Assembly: GCA_028534125.1 (NCBI GenBank)
Contig: CM052816.1
Coordinates: forward strand, 77,688,001 to 77,752,000
Reading direction: 5' to 3'
Origin: Lama glama
Lineage: Eukaryota
DNA length: 64,000 bases
Of this stretch, positions 62,408-64,000 are shown one piece after another. Made by a program: the position numbers and the translations under genes. Below the pieces are notes generated by a model. It was not told where the DNA came from and did not search any database. It saw nothing but the letters and a program-made list of their open reading frames with translations. Numbering within the stretch: the stretch's first letter is position 1; each line of letters opens with the position of its first letter.

Positions 62408-62585
62408 GCAGGGAGCAGCATGGTGCAAGGAGAAGCCAAGTCATGGCTTCTCAGGGACACGGCCCCAGCCTTGCCTGACTCCTGACTGTGTCCACCTTGG
62501 ACAACCCATTTTACCCCCGCATATTCCATTTCCTTCTCTGTGGAACTTACCAGACAAACTCTTAGGGTTCTCCCTGCACTGAGAA
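62408..62585 (+). mobile_element. MIR SINE (decayed)
   Basis: gggagcagcatggtgcaaggag...accttggacaacccattt...tttccttctctgt. Confidence 0.55.
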
Positions 62586-64000
62586 GTCCAGTTCAAGCCC
62601 GATAACTAATTCATTTCTAACATTTCCTTCATCAGTAAAATTGAAAAACAATGCCTACTCTAATAGCATGGCATGTGGAATACTACAGAAATTTAAATCC
62701 ATTGCATAAATCTTAGAGAACTTTCAGTACACTCTACTTGGAGGCAGAGCATCACAAAGTCTATGAATCACAAAGTTTCCAAGATCCAAAGTGGTTCCAG
62801 GATCCATGGTTCTATGACTCTAAGATCTTGCTCTGAAAGAATACATTACTTGAGACTCACAAAGAACACTTACTTGGATTAGACAAACACTGAGTATCCA
62901 GGGTAGTGACCAGCCTTGTAGATAGTCCTTGAGGGACTTGCCTTACCAACCTGTAATTCAGCCCCTGATATACGAGGATTTGGTGTGGGTGGTTGTAAAG
63001 AGGCAGTGGTTGGAGGAAATAAGAGAAATTGAAGAGTTTCAGGACATTTCTGCCGTTAGCATTATTCCCACTCTCTGACTTCTGGGAACTGCCACCTACT
63101 TACACCCTGTTATTTGGGGGAACACAAGATAGGGGAGTTCCAGAAATGGGTATTTTCTCATCTTGAACCCCCATCTAGCTCCACCAACTGACTTGGAGGT
63201 GGAAAGGCAGTGACAGCAGAGGTCACACAGCTAGAAGCAGATTGACTATAAGGATGGGACACATCCAGAACTGAAGCAGGATCCTGGGTGATGCAGATGT
63301 CACTCACTGCATGTAAAGTACAGTAATGAGAAGTCACTGGGTTCAGCCTTCTACATAGAGGATGTTCATTCTGCTCCAAGCATTATGAAAAGGTGATGTT
63401 AATGGTCTGCTTTCGATTTCCTGGGTAAGGTTGACTAGTGTCCTCCAGGTCAAGTGAGGAGGGACCAGCAGGAGTTCTGACAGCACAAGAGGAAGACTGT
63501 GCGTCAAGCTGAAAATGATGAATAGAAGACCTCCCTGTCACGACGGTTACGATGGTTAAAGAAAACCAAAGCATATGCTCAAATGGATCAGAAGACTGCT
63601 TCTGGCTGAATTACTCAAGACTGCAGCACATTAGCAACAGAAAAGTAAATATTGCCGTCAGCCAAAAGATAAGAATATCTGACCCACAGGCAAATCACAA
63701 CGTAGAAAGATTCTCCTTTTTCTTCTTTTTAAGATTTTTCAATTTAGCATACTGAGTCTTAGCTCTTGGCTGGAAGAGTCAGAAGGCAAATGACACCCAA
63801 AAGGGAGAAATCCCCAAAGAGAAGGGCAAGATTTTGGTAAGTTAAAATACCTCTTTCATTTCTCTCCTACTTAATGTCTTGGGCTTCTCCACAAGGAACA
63901 AAGCTGCTAACATACAACCGGCCTTCGCTTGCATGGTCACAGTCCCCTAGGAGCTAGCAAACTAGCCAAGGCTGCTAGAAGTCTTGTCAAGACCTTGTAA

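Noticed and set aside
1..64000. CRISPR arrays, operons, defence systems, intact ERV/L1 ORFs, rRNA, known miRNAs
   Set aside because: Mammalian repeat-rich DNA with no regularly spaced repeats and no long intact ORFs. By-eye comparison with common conserved miRNAs found no full match, though this was not exhaustive and a miRBase/Rfam search would be decisive.

Overview
Mammalian non-coding (intergenic or intronic) DNA, most likely from a camelid. The species call rests on a Vic-1-type tRNA-derived SINE at 48534-48678 and artiodactyl/camelid-type L1 3' ends at 58446-58950 and 60995-61085. Much of the window is decayed interspersed repeat: L1, HAL1, L2, MIR, MaLR/ERVL/ERV1 solo LTRs, and hAT and Tigger MITEs. 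There is a 500-N assembly gap at 14231-14730. I could not recognise any protein-coding gene, and no ORF in the supplied track has convincing support. I found no CRISPR array, rRNA, intact tRNA or prokaryote-type system. I do not see evidence for a new biological system here. The best second-look items are: a 5'-half tRNA-Glu(CTC) tailless retrocopy, phase-compatible candidate minus-strand exons near the left end, a possible bidirectional promoter near 40.7 kb, candidate plus-strand lncRNA exons, a perfect 16-bp inverted repeat in unique DNA, and several nested or anachronistic repeat structures. Repeat family names come from recalled consensus sequences, not a RepeatMasker run, so subfamily labels and most boundaries are approximate.
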